A DNA stretch of 64,000 nucleotides from an uncultured Verrucomicrobiae bacterium (GTDB lineage Bacteria > Verrucomicrobiota > Verrucomicrobiia > Chthoniobacterales > UBA10450): positions 1 to 64,000 of the forward strand of contig CAWFGO010000002.1 in assembly GCA_963815455.1 (NCBI GenBank), read 5' to 3'. The translations under genes and the position numbers were made by a program. The notes beneath the pieces are model-generated. The model worked only from the letters and a program-made list of their open reading frames with translations. It did not search any database and was not told the origin of the DNA. Each line of letters begins with the position of its first letter. The first letter of the stretch is position 1. This document shows, piece by piece, positions 40,409 to 51,040 of the stretch.

Positions 40409-40592
40409 TTCGGAACGCGGAGGGTTTTAGCGGAAAGAAACTCCGAAAGCCTTCGCGAGCGGGCGAAGTTTACGAAGGGAGGAGGTCAGTGACCAGGCTC
40501 CGGCTGTGACTTGGCGACGCTGAGGCTCCCTCCCACGCGCGAGCTTCGGCGCAACAAGATGGCGTGGCAGACGAGAGCAGCCAGCAGAGCGC

Positions 40593-40790
40593 TTATTCGG
40601 TCAGCTCCGGAACTTTCTCGTCTTCGTACTTTTCGATGAGAACACCGAGTACATCCATAAGTGACCGCGAGTGGATGGCCTTCATAAACCGGCTTTTCCG
40701 CATAATTACGTACCAGCGCGCGAGAGATGACCTGGTGGCCGGATGCGTTTCAGCAAACTCATTCAACCGCTTCCTAGTAATGACATGCAT
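40593..40790 (-). pseudogene. Chimeric HigB(N-term)-HigA-like(C-term) remnant
   Basis: MHVITRKRLNEF...HP.....L..WY is HigB-like; SLMDVLGVLIEKYEDE.VP resembles a HigA-type antitoxin segment; only 65 aa. Confidence 0.6.
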
Positions 40791-40878
40791 TCTGCTAAAA
40801 ACCGGTATCCGACACCGGCCTGCCAAAGCGCCGAAATCAGATGCCTGAAGTCAACGTCAGGCTGGAAGCCGATGGCTG

Positions 40879-42136
<1,258 letters not shown>

Positions 42137-42610
42137 AAGCGATAAGAGGTTGAAATGTTGGGAAAGTGACTTGTTACGAGTGACGAGCTAAGACAGGAAA
42201 AGTTGAGACAACGAAGAAACAGCCAATACTGAACACAGATACTCCATGCCGGAACCAAACAGGCAGAGGAGAGACGGCCGGATCAGGCCGCAGCGCTGAG
42301 ATTGGGTCGCTTATCCTTTGCGAGCCGCATTTCGACGGGGGCGTCACGTGTGCAGATGTCGCACCAATGGCGTTTTGTGCTATCCAGGCGCTTGCGGCTA
42401 CCGCACTTATCGCAAATAAAAAGATCGTTGTTGGGTTTCCTGACCGAGCGCATCCTACTTACTCGGTCGTTTTAGCTACTCTGGCAAGTCTGGAATTAAG
42501 AATTAGGAGTTTGCCGTTTCTGGGCGATATTGGGCCAAGTCTCTCTGGACTGGTTCTCTGGAGCGCAACCTCAGCTTCCGGAATCTCCGCACCTAGTCTT
42601 ATATATACCT

Positions 42611-42898
42611 ATGAAATCCGATCTCGTTAAAGCCGCCTCCGAAGTAATTCCAAGCCCGCAAATTCTGGTGAACATGGTCTCGCGCCGGGTGCGACAGCTC
42701 CTCCTCGGGCATCGCCCGATGGTGGAATTTGCCCCGGGGATGGGACATGCGGATGTGGCGCTTCGTGAGATAGCCGCTGGAAAGCTCATTTTCGAATCCA
42801 TCCTCGCTCAAAATGGGCACGTCGAGCCGGCCCAAGTGGTCGAGTTCCCAGGGATCATCGTGGCCAAGAAACCGGCGACGAAGAAAAAAGCGGCCTGA
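42611..42898 (+). CDS. rpoZ: RNA polymerase omega subunit
   Basis: LVNMVSRRVRQL..G.RP.V...DVALREIAAGKL omega pattern. Confidence 0.8.
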   Translation: MKSDLVKAASEVIPSPQILVNMVSRRVRQLLLGHRPMVEFAPGMGHADVALREIAAGKLIFESILAQNGHVEPAQVVEFPGIIVAKKPATKKKAA

Positions 42899-42958
42899 GT
42901 CTCCGGCCGGAAGCCAGATCTTCGACGGTCAGAGACCGCCGCTGCAGACGCTTAATGC

Positions 42959-44950
42959 TTAACGTTTAGCGCTCGGCGCCGCTGAGGGCAGAGCGGTTCC
43001 CAGGTTCGCTTTCAGCTGAGACACATCGCTGGCGTTGATGGTGCCGTTGACGTTGATGTCGTTGCGGAAATTCGAGCCGGATACCCCCTGGCCTAGCTGG
43101 CCTTTGGCCTGGCTTACATCGGTCGAGTTCACGCTGCCGTTTCCGTTCGTATCGCCGAGAAGAAAACCGGCGGTGACCGAAGCAGATGGCAGCGTTTGAC
43201 CAAAGCTATCCATCACGCTGCTCACGGCGACCGTGACGGTTTGGGCATTGGCGACTCCGGCCAGGTTTATGGTCATGGTGTTGCCGCTGAAAGAAGGAGG
43301 GCCCGACACGCTGCCGATGCCGCTGGTGACCATTGCGTTGCCGCTCACAACAGGATTGTTGAAAGTGAAAACAACGGTGTGATTACCGCCGGCGCCGCCG
43401 GTGCGGCATTCCACGCCCGGTGACCCGGAAAGCGGGAGACTCACATCGAAGATTCCGGCATTGGGGTGAGACTTGCGTGAGCCGGCGCCGTTCAGCGCGA
43501 GCGCCATCGGCAGCACGTTATAGACGCCGATGTGCGTGGCGATCGCGCCGTTGTTCTCCCTGGCCAGTGCATAAACGGTCTGCGGACCAGGGCGCGAATC
43601 TGCCGGGATCGTTCCGAGCCAATGGGTGCCGTCGCCACTGCTGAGTGGCGCCCCGTTGGCGAAAACGTTCGTGATGGTGCGCGTCGTCGGCATTCCGAAG
43701 TCAGGCAGGGCGGTCACAAAGACCTGGATGGGCTGACCTGCCATGACTGTCGGTGGATTGATCTGAACGGGATTCATGATAATCGGAGCGTTGCCTTCTT
43801 CGCATTGGTCGATCACCGCATTGTAGTTTTGATCCGGCGCAGCGCCGTTGGCGATGTCGATGGGATCCGGAATCCCGTTCATATTGCAATCGTTGGTTGG
43901 CGGGGAACAAGTCGTCGGCGGCATCGACGTATCGACGAAATGGGCCATGCCGGCGCAACCAAACGCGGCCGAGCCGTCGGAAAACGTCCCTTCGACGCGC
44001 AACGTGCTTTCGCTGCACGAGCCGGACGCGCACATGCCATAGGAACGGATGTCCACGAAAACATCAAAGAAGGAATCGGGCGCCAGCGGCGGGATCGCCA
44101 TCATGATTTCCGGCTGAGAATAGGGATGGCCAGGCAACGGAAGGCAGGGGCCCGGACCAAAAGCAATTGGAAAATCGTCGCCAAACGGATTTGCGATGGC
44201 AAAGATGCCCTGATTTTCGTTTGCACCTTGCGGCCGCGCAGCAGCCTGCTTGCCGGTAGCGAAGGCGGTGACAGTTAACGTGCGGGTAGGATCGTTGTTC
44301 GTGATCCGGTAGGTCATGGTGTGCTGATCCCCGCCGGCCATCATCGGAAATGAAGGCGTGAGCCGTTGCAAATCCAGCCGCGGAACACTCGGGTTGCCCG
44401 GAGCCGGCTCGACCAGACAAACTACCGTGTCCCCGCTCTGGCTAAGGGAGAGTCCGTCCGAGAAAAACACGGTTGTTTTCCCAACTACTTTGTAAGCACC
44501 CCGGGCCGTGCCCGCGGGCACAGTGATTGGAACCGAATAGTTGTTGAAGACGCCGATTGGCGAGGCGCCGGGCAGAGTCATGGTGCCGTCGGCCGTACTG
44601 ATCCCAGCGATGGCAATATTCGGTCCGCCCAGAAGCGGCGATACGACCATGTCGATCCTGGCCGAAGTGGGAGAAACCGGCATAGGACACGGGGCGCACC
44701 CGGGAGCGGGATTATTAGCAATCAAGAAGAGTTTAACCGGAATGTTAAACATGACGGACGTGCTCGCCGGCAACAGGACCACACCGGGACTGGATTTTGC
44801 CATCACCATCGACTTGAGGCAGGTGGTGGTCGTTACGGTGCAGACCGAGCCGCTACTGCCGGAACAGGCAAAAGCAGGCTCGCGCTCCGGTGCCAGGAGC
44901 AGACCGATACTGATGAGAACCAAGGCGGTAAGAATCTTTGCGTATTTCAT
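42959..44950 (-). CDS. Secreted Cys-rich protein with Ca-binding repeat and C-terminal beta+dockerin-like module
   Basis: Signal peptide; DCNMNGIPD..DQNYNAVIDQCE; SRKSH..GVECR..VANAQ..GDTNGNGSVNSTD..NFRNDINVNGTINASD. Confidence 0.85.
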   Translation of the reverse strand: MKYAKILTALVLISIGLLLAPEREPAFACSGSSGSVCTVTTTTCLKSMVMAKSSPGVVLLPASTSVMFNIPVKLFLIANNPAPGCAPCPMPVSPTSARIDMVVSPLLGGPNIAIAGISTADGTMTLPGASPIGVFNNYSVPITVPAGTARGAYKVVGKTTVFFSDGLSLSQSGDTVVCLVEPAPGNPSVPRLDLQRLTPSFPMMAGGDQHTMTYRITNNDPTRTLTVTAFATGKQAAARPQGANENQGIFAIANPFGDDFPIAFGPGPCLPLPGHPYSQPEIMMAIPPLAPDSFFDVFVDIRSYGMCASGSCSESTLRVEGTFSDGSAAFGCAGMAHFVDTSMPPTTCSPPTNDCNMNGIPDPIDIANGAAPDQNYNAVIDQCEEGNAPIIMNPVQINPPTVMAGQPIQVFVTALPDFGMPTTRTITNVFANGAPLSSGDGTHWLGTIPADSRPGPQTVYALARENNGAIATHIGVYNVLPMALALNGAGSRKSHPNAGIFDVSLPLSGSPGVECRTGGAGGNHTVVFTFNNPVVSGNAMVTSGIGSVSGPPSFSGNTMTINLAGVANAQTVTVAVSSVMDSFGQTLPSASVTAGFLLGDTNGNGSVNSTDVSQAKGQLGQGVSGSNFRNDINVNGTINASDVSQLKANLGTALPSAAPSAKR

Positions 44951-45290
44951 TGGGCCTCCACGAATCCTTTAGCGGATTCTGTTTTTTTGGGTTACTAAGG
45001 AACGCCGTAATCGTCCTGCGACGATCCCGGCATTCTTCGAGAAATTGGGACGCCGGAAGCCGCCAGCGCCGTTGCCATCCCAGAACATACCGCAGCCACT
45101 CTTCTACGCGTAAAGGTGGGCGGCGGCATGACGAACTCCTCTAAAGGCGATCCTCTTCAAGGATAACCAACAACGTCAAGCTCTTTTCTTCGGTATCGAA
45201 GTTGTGGATATTCAATCCGCGACGTCCAGGTCAGGGACCCGGGCACAAGTGTTCGTGACGCGGGTTGTGCGGCTTGGTAGAATCCGCGCT

Positions 45291-45809
45291 ATGGATTCGT
45301 TTTCCCCTGCTCCATTACGACCCGGCTCCGGCGAACGCTGGCGGTTCTTGCGCGATCTGATTGTTTTTCAACTTAAAATGTTGCTGGATAATGTGCGCGA
45401 TTTTGCGCTCATGCCGATCGCGCTGGTGGCCGCGATTGTCGATGTTGTTTACAAAGGGGAAGTGGAAGGCGCGCGTTTTTACAGGGTTTTGCGCTGGGGC
45501 GCGCACAGCGAAGAGGTCATCAATGTCTACAGCGCGATCAAGCAGCATCCGTTGGGCGAATTCAAGGTGAACCCCGCTTACACGGTCGATGCCGTGATTG
45601 CTCAACTGGAAGGCGTTGTTGTGCGCGAGTGCGAAAAGGGCGGCACCGCAATGAGCATTAAGGAAGCGATGGATCGCGCGTTCGACCAGATCCACCGACA
45701 AACGCGGGATACAGGCGACCGGGCCCGGGACGTTGTCGCGCGCACGGCCGATAAACTGCGGCTCAAGATCGATACTCTGCCGGAGGAGAAGAGCGAGAGC
45801 GAAGGCTGA
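45291..45809 (+). CDS. Hypothetical protein
   Basis: Helical ORF (RDLIVFQLKMLLD..RD..L.P); ATG 45291 7 nt after TAGAAT. Confidence 0.7.
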   Translation: MDSFSPAPLRPGSGERWRFLRDLIVFQLKMLLDNVRDFALMPIALVAAIVDVVYKGEVEGARFYRVLRWGAHSEEVINVYSAIKQHPLGEFKVNPAYTVDAVIAQLEGVVVRECEKGGTAMSIKEAMDRAFDQIHRQTRDTGDRARDVVARTADKLRLKIDTLPEEKSESEG

Positions 45810-45842
45810 CTTTACTTGGTTCGCGTTGGACGAAGAAGAATC

Positions 45843-46889
45843 ATGTTTTCAACCAAAGGATATGCCGCGCAGGCCGCGCAGGAACAATTGAAGCCCTTCT
45901 CATTCGAGCGGCGTGACCCGACGCCGAACGATGTGCAGATCGAGATCCTTTTCTGCGGCGTGTGTCACTCGGACATTCATACCGCGCGGAACGAATGGGG
46001 CGGCACGACTACCTACCCCTGCGTGCCCGGTCATGAAATCGTCGGGCGCGTGGTGAAGGTGGGACGCGACGTAAAGAAATTTAAAGAAGGCGACCTGGCG
46101 GCGGTCGGTTGCATGGTCGATTCATGCGGGGTTTGCGGGAACTGCAAGGCGGACCTGGAGCAGTTCTGCGAGAACGGATGCGTGTTCACTTACAACAGCA
46201 AAGATGAACACACCGGCGGGATCACCTACGGCGGATATTCCAAGAGCATCGTGGTGGACCAGGAGTTCGTGCTGCGAATTTCCAACAAGCTCGACCTCGC
46301 TTCTTCCGCTCCGCTTCTCTGCGCCGGGATCACCACTTATTCGCCGTTGCGCCGTTGGCAGGTGAGGAAAGGCCAGAAAGTGGGCGTGATCGGTCTGGGT
46401 GGCCTCGGCCATATGGCGCTCAAGTTCGCCCACGCCTTCGGCGCCGAGGTGATTTTGTTTACCACGTCACCGGGCAAGACCGAAGACGCGAAGCGGTTGG
46501 GCGCGAATGACGTCGTGATTTCCAAGAACGAAGATGAGATGAAGAAACATGCGACGAGTTTCGATTTCATCATCGACACCGTATCGGCGAAACATGATCT
46601 CGCCCCTTATCTCGATCTTTTAAAACGCGATGGCGTTCTGACATTGGTGGGCGTGCCGCCAGAGCCGATGCCGGTGAACGTTTTCAGCTTGATCATGCCG
46701 CGGCGTCAACTGGCGGGGTCCCTCATCGGTGGAATCGCCGAGACGCAGGAGATGCTCGATTTTTGTGCCGATCGGGGAATTACATGCGATATCGAGATGA
46801 TCCCGATCAGTAAGATCAACGAAGCGTATGAGCGGATGCTGAAGAGCGATGTGAAGTATCGGTTCGTGATCGATATGGCGACGGCGTGA
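45843..46889 (+). CDS. Zn-dependent NAD(P)-dependent alcohol dehydrogenase (cinnamyl-ADH/AdhC type)
   Basis: CGVCHSD, PGHEIVG, CxxCxxC..C, PLLCAGITTYSPL, GLGGLGHM, KYRFVID. Confidence 0.95.
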   Translation: MFSTKGYAAQAAQEQLKPFSFERRDPTPNDVQIEILFCGVCHSDIHTARNEWGGTTTYPCVPGHEIVGRVVKVGRDVKKFKEGDLAAVGCMVDSCGVCGNCKADLEQFCENGCVFTYNSKDEHTGGITYGGYSKSIVVDQEFVLRISNKLDLASSAPLLCAGITTYSPLRRWQVRKGQKVGVIGLGGLGHMALKFAHAFGAEVILFTTSPGKTEDAKRLGANDVVISKNEDEMKKHATSFDFIIDTVSAKHDLAPYLDLLKRDGVLTLVGVPPEPMPVNVFSLIMPRRQLAGSLIGGIAETQEMLDFCADRGITCDIEMIPISKINEAYERMLKSDVKYRFVIDMATA

Positions 46890-46943
46890 TGGGAAGTGAC
46901 GAGTGGCGAGTGACGAGTGATCAGCAGGCGGTGACCAGTGTGA

Positions 46944-47945
46944 TCAGAGTCCTTTTTTCATTTTCACGGCGGGTGGGCGCTCGACGTGACCGCCGAAACC
47001 TTTGCGCATCGCGGAGAGGATTTTCTCGGCAAAGGTGTGTTCCTGCCGGGAACGGAACCGGGTGTAAAGCGCGACCGAGAGCACTTCGGCCGATACGCCC
47101 TCTTCGAGCGCGGCTTGAATTGTCCAACGGCCTTCTCCCGAATCCTCCACGAAACCGGAATAACCCTCGAGTTGCCGATCGCTGGCCAGCGCGGCCGCAG
47201 TGAGATCGAGCAGCCAGGACGAGACGACGCTTCCGCGCCGCCAGAGCTCGGCGATGTCGGCAAGGTTTAGATCGTAAGCGAGTCCCGCGGGGAGGTTATC
47301 CGAATTCGCGCCGCGCAGAATGTCGAATCCTTCGGCGTATGCCTGCATCAGGCCATATTCGATTCCGTTATGAATCATTTTCACAAAGTGTCCGGCTCCG
47401 GACGCGCCGCAATAGAGATAGCCGAGCTCGGCGGTGCTCTTCATCTTTTCCCGGCCCGTTGTCTTGGGAAGGTCGCCCGGGCCGGGCGCCAGAGTAGCGA
47501 AGATCGGGTCGAGCCGTTCGGCCGTGGATTGATCGCCCCCGATCATCATGCAGTAGCCTCGCTCCAAACCCCAGACTCCGCCGCTCGTGCCAGCATCGAG
47601 ATAGTGGATCCCACGGGGCTTGAGCATCTCGCTGCGGCGCACGTCGTCTTTGTAGAATGAATTTCCGCCGTCAATAATCGCGTCCCCGGACTGCAGCACT
47701 TTGGAAAGCGCGACCACGGTCTCTTCCGTAGACGGGCCAGATGGGAGCATGATCCAGACAGCACGGGGCGCGCTAAGTTTTTCGACAACTTCCTCAAGCG
47801 AGTAGGCGGGAAGCGGGCCTTCCTTGGCCAATGCATCGACCGTTGCCCGGTTGCGATCGAACACGACACATTGATGGCCGCCCCTGGTCAGGCGTCGTGC
47901 CATGTTCCCGCCCATTCGGCCCAGACCGATCATTCCAATTTGCAT
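46944..47945 (-). CDS. gnd: 6-phosphogluconate dehydrogenase (decarboxylating), short type
   Basis: [48 protein letters not shown]. Confidence 0.95.
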   Translation of the reverse strand: MQIGMIGLGRMGGNMARRLTRGGHQCVVFDRNRATVDALAKEGPLPAYSLEEVVEKLSAPRAVWIMLPSGPSTEETVVALSKVLQSGDAIIDGGNSFYKDDVRRSEMLKPRGIHYLDAGTSGGVWGLERGYCMMIGGDQSTAERLDPIFATLAPGPGDLPKTTGREKMKSTAELGYLYCGASGAGHFVKMIHNGIEYGLMQAYAEGFDILRGANSDNLPAGLAYDLNLADIAELWRRGSVVSSWLLDLTAAALASDRQLEGYSGFVEDSGEGRWTIQAALEEGVSAEVLSVALYTRFRSRQEHTFAEKILSAMRKGFGGHVERPPAVKMKKGL

Positions 47946-48069
47946 TCAATGAGCCTGATTGGGAAAGCGGAAATTAGAAAGGCTAAAATGGAAAGGCCGA
48001 ACGAAAACGCCGGGAGGCTGGCATGTTCGCCGCGATCGCTTATTGTCTCTTGAACGATAACCGCCCCTG

Positions 48070-48342
48070 ATGATGGCAATCATTCAAAGTAACCCGGCAA
48101 AATTGATCCTGGCCATGGCCGACCCGCTGATGCCGATCCGGATTCTCGCCGTCATTGCGCTCATCGCAGCGATCGTGGCGTTCATCTACGTTCTGCGACA
48201 TTTGAAGAAGATCGAGAAAACGATCGCGACCGATAATCTTGTGCCGGCAGAGCGCGGTCCACGCAACAACATGGTGCTCATGGTCTGCGCAATCCCGATT
48301 ATCGTGGTGGCGCTTCTGCTGTTCCTGATTGTCAATACTTAG
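48070..48342 (+). CDS. Hypothetical membrane protein (two TM helices)
   Basis: Two hydrophobic stretches in a 90-aa ORF. Confidence 0.6.
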   Translation: MMAIIQSNPAKLILAMADPLMPIRILAVIALIAAIVAFIYVLRHLKKIEKTIATDNLVPAERGPRNNMVLMVCAIPIIVVALLLFLIVNT

Positions 48343-48389
48343 CGAGCAGCACAGAAGGCGTGGCGCGCGCGCTCAGTTGTAAACAGAGC

Positions 48390-48893
48390 TTACGGCAACG
48401 CGGTGCCGAGGTTGGCTTTCACCTGCGAGACATCGGTGGCGTTGATCGTGCCGTTGCCGTTTACGTCACAACGGAAATTGGAACTATCGATCGGCTGTCC
48501 CACGCGCGATTTTGCCTGGCTCACATCTGAGGCATTGACGACGCGGTTTCCGTTCGTGTCGCCTTGAAGGAAACCAGCCGGAAGGTTCACGTCGTTGGTA
48601 TGGACGCCGTCGTTGACGTAGTTGAGCCTGACGTTGATTTGTTGCGCATTCCCAACACCGGTCAGGTTCACGGTCACTTGCGACCCGTCAACGCTGAAGC
48701 TGCTCACGCTTCCGACGCCGCTGTTGACGCTGGCGCTGAAAACCGTGACCGGCGTCGCGAAGTCCATGACGATCTGAAAATTTCCGCTCGTTCCCGACCT
48801 GCGAGGTTCAACTCCGACAGTGCCGGTTAACGGAAACTCGACACCGAATTGACCATTCATCATCGAGCGGTTGCCGCCAGAATGCATTGTCAA
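48390..48893 (-). CDS. Stand-alone beta+dockerin-like module protein
   Basis: Entire 167 aa matches the C-terminal module of four other genes (GVEPR, VGNAQ, GDTNGNRVVNASD, NFRCDVNGNGTINATD); no signal peptide. Confidence 0.75.
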   Translation of the reverse strand: MTMHSGGNRSMMNGQFGVEFPLTGTVGVEPRRSGTSGNFQIVMDFATPVTVFSASVNSGVGSVSSFSVDGSQVTVNLTGVGNAQQINVRLNYVNDGVHTNDVNLPAGFLQGDTNGNRVVNASDVSQAKSRVGQPIDSSNFRCDVNGNGTINATDVSQVKANLGTALP

Positions 48894-48926
48894 TCTACCA
48901 TTGAATCGTTTTCACCGACGGGCTTC

Positions 48927-50900
48927 CTAGAACGGCGGCGCGACCGGAACAGACGTCCCGACTTGCGACTTCACCAGAGCGACATCGGACGCGTTGATCG
49001 TCCCGTTGGCATTGACGTCCGAACGAAAGTTCGTCGCGTCGAGAATTTGACCCGCCCGCGACTTTGTCTGGCTCACGTCGGAAGCGTTGACGGTGCCGTT
49101 GCCGCCGGTATCGCCGGCCAACACACTCATTCCAATGTCCACATTGGCCGAACTGTTCACGGAGTTGAGCCTCACCGTGATGGTCTGGGCATTGGTCACA
49201 TTTGTTAGCGGAATCGTCACAGTATTGCCGCTGACCGTCACCATGCCGCCGTTGGACACTCCGCCGCTGCCTATTGTCCCTACGCCAGAATTTATCTGCG
49301 CTTGCGGACTCCCGCTTACGGTCACGGAATTAGCAAACGTAACCACGATTGCGTAATCATCGGTTGCCCCGCCACTGCGACACTCGATCCCTGGCGGCCC
49401 GCTCACTCCAAGATCGACATCGAAAGTGCCAGCACCGCCATGGATCTTTCGCGACACCGCGTTTTGCGCTACCGGCGCTGCCGGAGTCACTCGCACGTAA
49501 TAAACGTCCTCTTCGTGTTGCCCTCTGCTCGCGTTGAAATTGAACGTGGCGGCATAGGCGACATTGCCTCCGGTGTTGTCCGAAACGATGGTGATGTAAT
49601 CGCCCATCTTGTTCTGGTTCGGATAGCCTTCCGATGGATTAAACGAATTGCTCACCGCGATGTTCGGCGCCCAGGTCACACCGCCGTCAATGCTGTAGGA
49701 ATAGAACAACTGCGAATCGATGTTATTCGCGCCGTTGCGGCTATCGAGCCAGACAGAATCGATCCGGCCGTTAGGCGCCACTGAGAGCGTGCCGAACCAA
49801 TGATACTTGCTGTGATTAACGGGATCATCGTTGATCCGGATCGGCGCGCTAAAGCTTACTCCGCCGTTGGTGCTGCGGGCAAACATCACGTCGGTCCCGG
49901 TGCTAAAGCCGGTCGGCCGTACGCTGGCCAGCATGTAAATATTGTTGTTGGTCGGCCCGCCAGAACGGTCCACCGCCAGGAAAGCCTGTCCGCAAAGGCC
50001 TGCTGGATTTATTCCGCCGCTTACTATGAGACCACCAAGACTCACCGCGGTTACCCGGTCAAAAGTTGGCGTGACGCCACCATTCTGCGCATTGCTCGAG
50101 CGGACGCAGTAAAAGGTTGTGCTCCCTTCTCCTCCGATAAAAAGGTTGCCGTTCGTATCGACATCGAGCGTTCCGTACACAGGTGAGTTGGGAATGGTGA
50201 TGGGAGCCTGCCACGTAAACCCGCCATCCGTGGAGCGCTGAAATTGCACCCCGCTGCCGGTACAGTTAATCCCATCGTCCGCCTGGTACTGGAAGCCGTG
50301 CCCCGGCCCGTTGGTTTTATCAATGGTAAACCACTGCTTGTCGCCTCCCCCACCGCCCCTTTCCCCCGACAACAGCGTCCACGATTGGCCGCCATTCAGC
50401 GAGCGCCACAGATCATCGCAAAAAAACGACTGGTTCACATCCGACTGAAGACTGAGATAGAAAAAATTGCCGACCTCATCGTAAGCCGTTACCGGGTCGC
50501 TGCGGAAAATGTTGTTTTCCAAAACACCCGGGAAAGTCCAGGTGAGGCCGCCATCGCTGGTGTATCCCCAGCCGCCCTGCCGGAAGTTTGATAACACGCT
50601 GTTGAACTGCCGCCAGCCGATGGTCATCTTGTTAGGGTTGGTCGGGTCAACGGAAATGGAGCACTCGTTAGCGGCGTCGCCGACAATGTTGTTGCCACTG
50701 GCATCGACGTTTACCTGGTAACTGGTAAACGGACCGTACCGCGAGACCATTCGTGGCGAAGTCTCCAGCCGGTAAATGTACATTGGTGGATTGTCGTATT
50801 TTTCCAGCGGCTCGGTTCGGAGCGGCCTGTATGTGGGCGCGAGTTGCCCCGAAGCGGTGGCAAGGCCAGACAGCAGACCCAGACAAATAAAAAAGCGCAT
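48927..50900 (-). CDS. Secreted BNR/Asp-box (sialidase-like beta-propeller) protein with C-terminal beta+dockerin-like module
   Basis: Asp-boxes TSDGGLTW, SLNGGQSW, STDGGFTW, STNGGVSF, SIDGGVTW; signal MRFFICL..; module from AVSRKIHGG. Confidence 0.88.
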   Translation of the reverse strand: MRFFICLGLLSGLATASGQLAPTYRPLRTEPLEKYDNPPMYIYRLETSPRMVSRYGPFTSYQVNVDASGNNIVGDAANECSISVDPTNPNKMTIGWRQFNSVLSNFRQGGWGYTSDGGLTWTFPGVLENNIFRSDPVTAYDEVGNFFYLSLQSDVNQSFFCDDLWRSLNGGQSWTLLSGERGGGGGDKQWFTIDKTNGPGHGFQYQADDGINCTGSGVQFQRSTDGGFTWQAPITIPNSPVYGTLDVDTNGNLFIGGEGSTTFYCVRSSNAQNGGVTPTFDRVTAVSLGGLIVSGGINPAGLCGQAFLAVDRSGGPTNNNIYMLASVRPTGFSTGTDVMFARSTNGGVSFSAPIRINDDPVNHSKYHWFGTLSVAPNGRIDSVWLDSRNGANNIDSQLFYSYSIDGGVTWAPNIAVSNSFNPSEGYPNQNKMGDYITIVSDNTGGNVAYAATFNFNASRGQHEEDVYYVRVTPAAPVAQNAVSRKIHGGAGTFDVDLGVSGPPGIECRSGGATDDYAIVVTFANSVTVSGSPQAQINSGVGTIGSGGVSNGGMVTVSGNTVTIPLTNVTNAQTITVRLNSVNSSANVDIGMSVLAGDTGGNGTVNASDVSQTKSRAGQILDATNFRSDVNANGTINASDVALVKSQVGTSVPVAPPF

Positions 50901-51040
50901 CCTTGAAACCATAAAAAGCACTCGAGTTGAAGAAGGGCAGCCTATATCAGAATCCACTCGCGGCGTCGATCTAATCCTTTAGACCCAAGTGAGGAAATTT
51001 CGACTCGGGCAGTGCCGTTACACTTCGCGGCTCAGCTCCA

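Larger units (their letters stand above)
39830..40486 (+). repeat. 50-bp direct repeats (39830..39879 and 40437..40486) flanking a TA operon
   Basis: gaaactccgaaagccttcgcgaRcgggcgaagtttacgaagggaRgaggt, 48/50 identical. Confidence 0.9.

Noticed and set aside
35867..40486. Integron cassette array or CRISPR
   Set aside because: Repeats differ between units, no consistent attC core sites, no integrase or cas genes, no regular repeat-spacer periodicity.
48894..48929. Stop-codon read-through joining the sialidase-like gene to the solo module
   Set aside because: A further in-frame TGA lies in the spacer.
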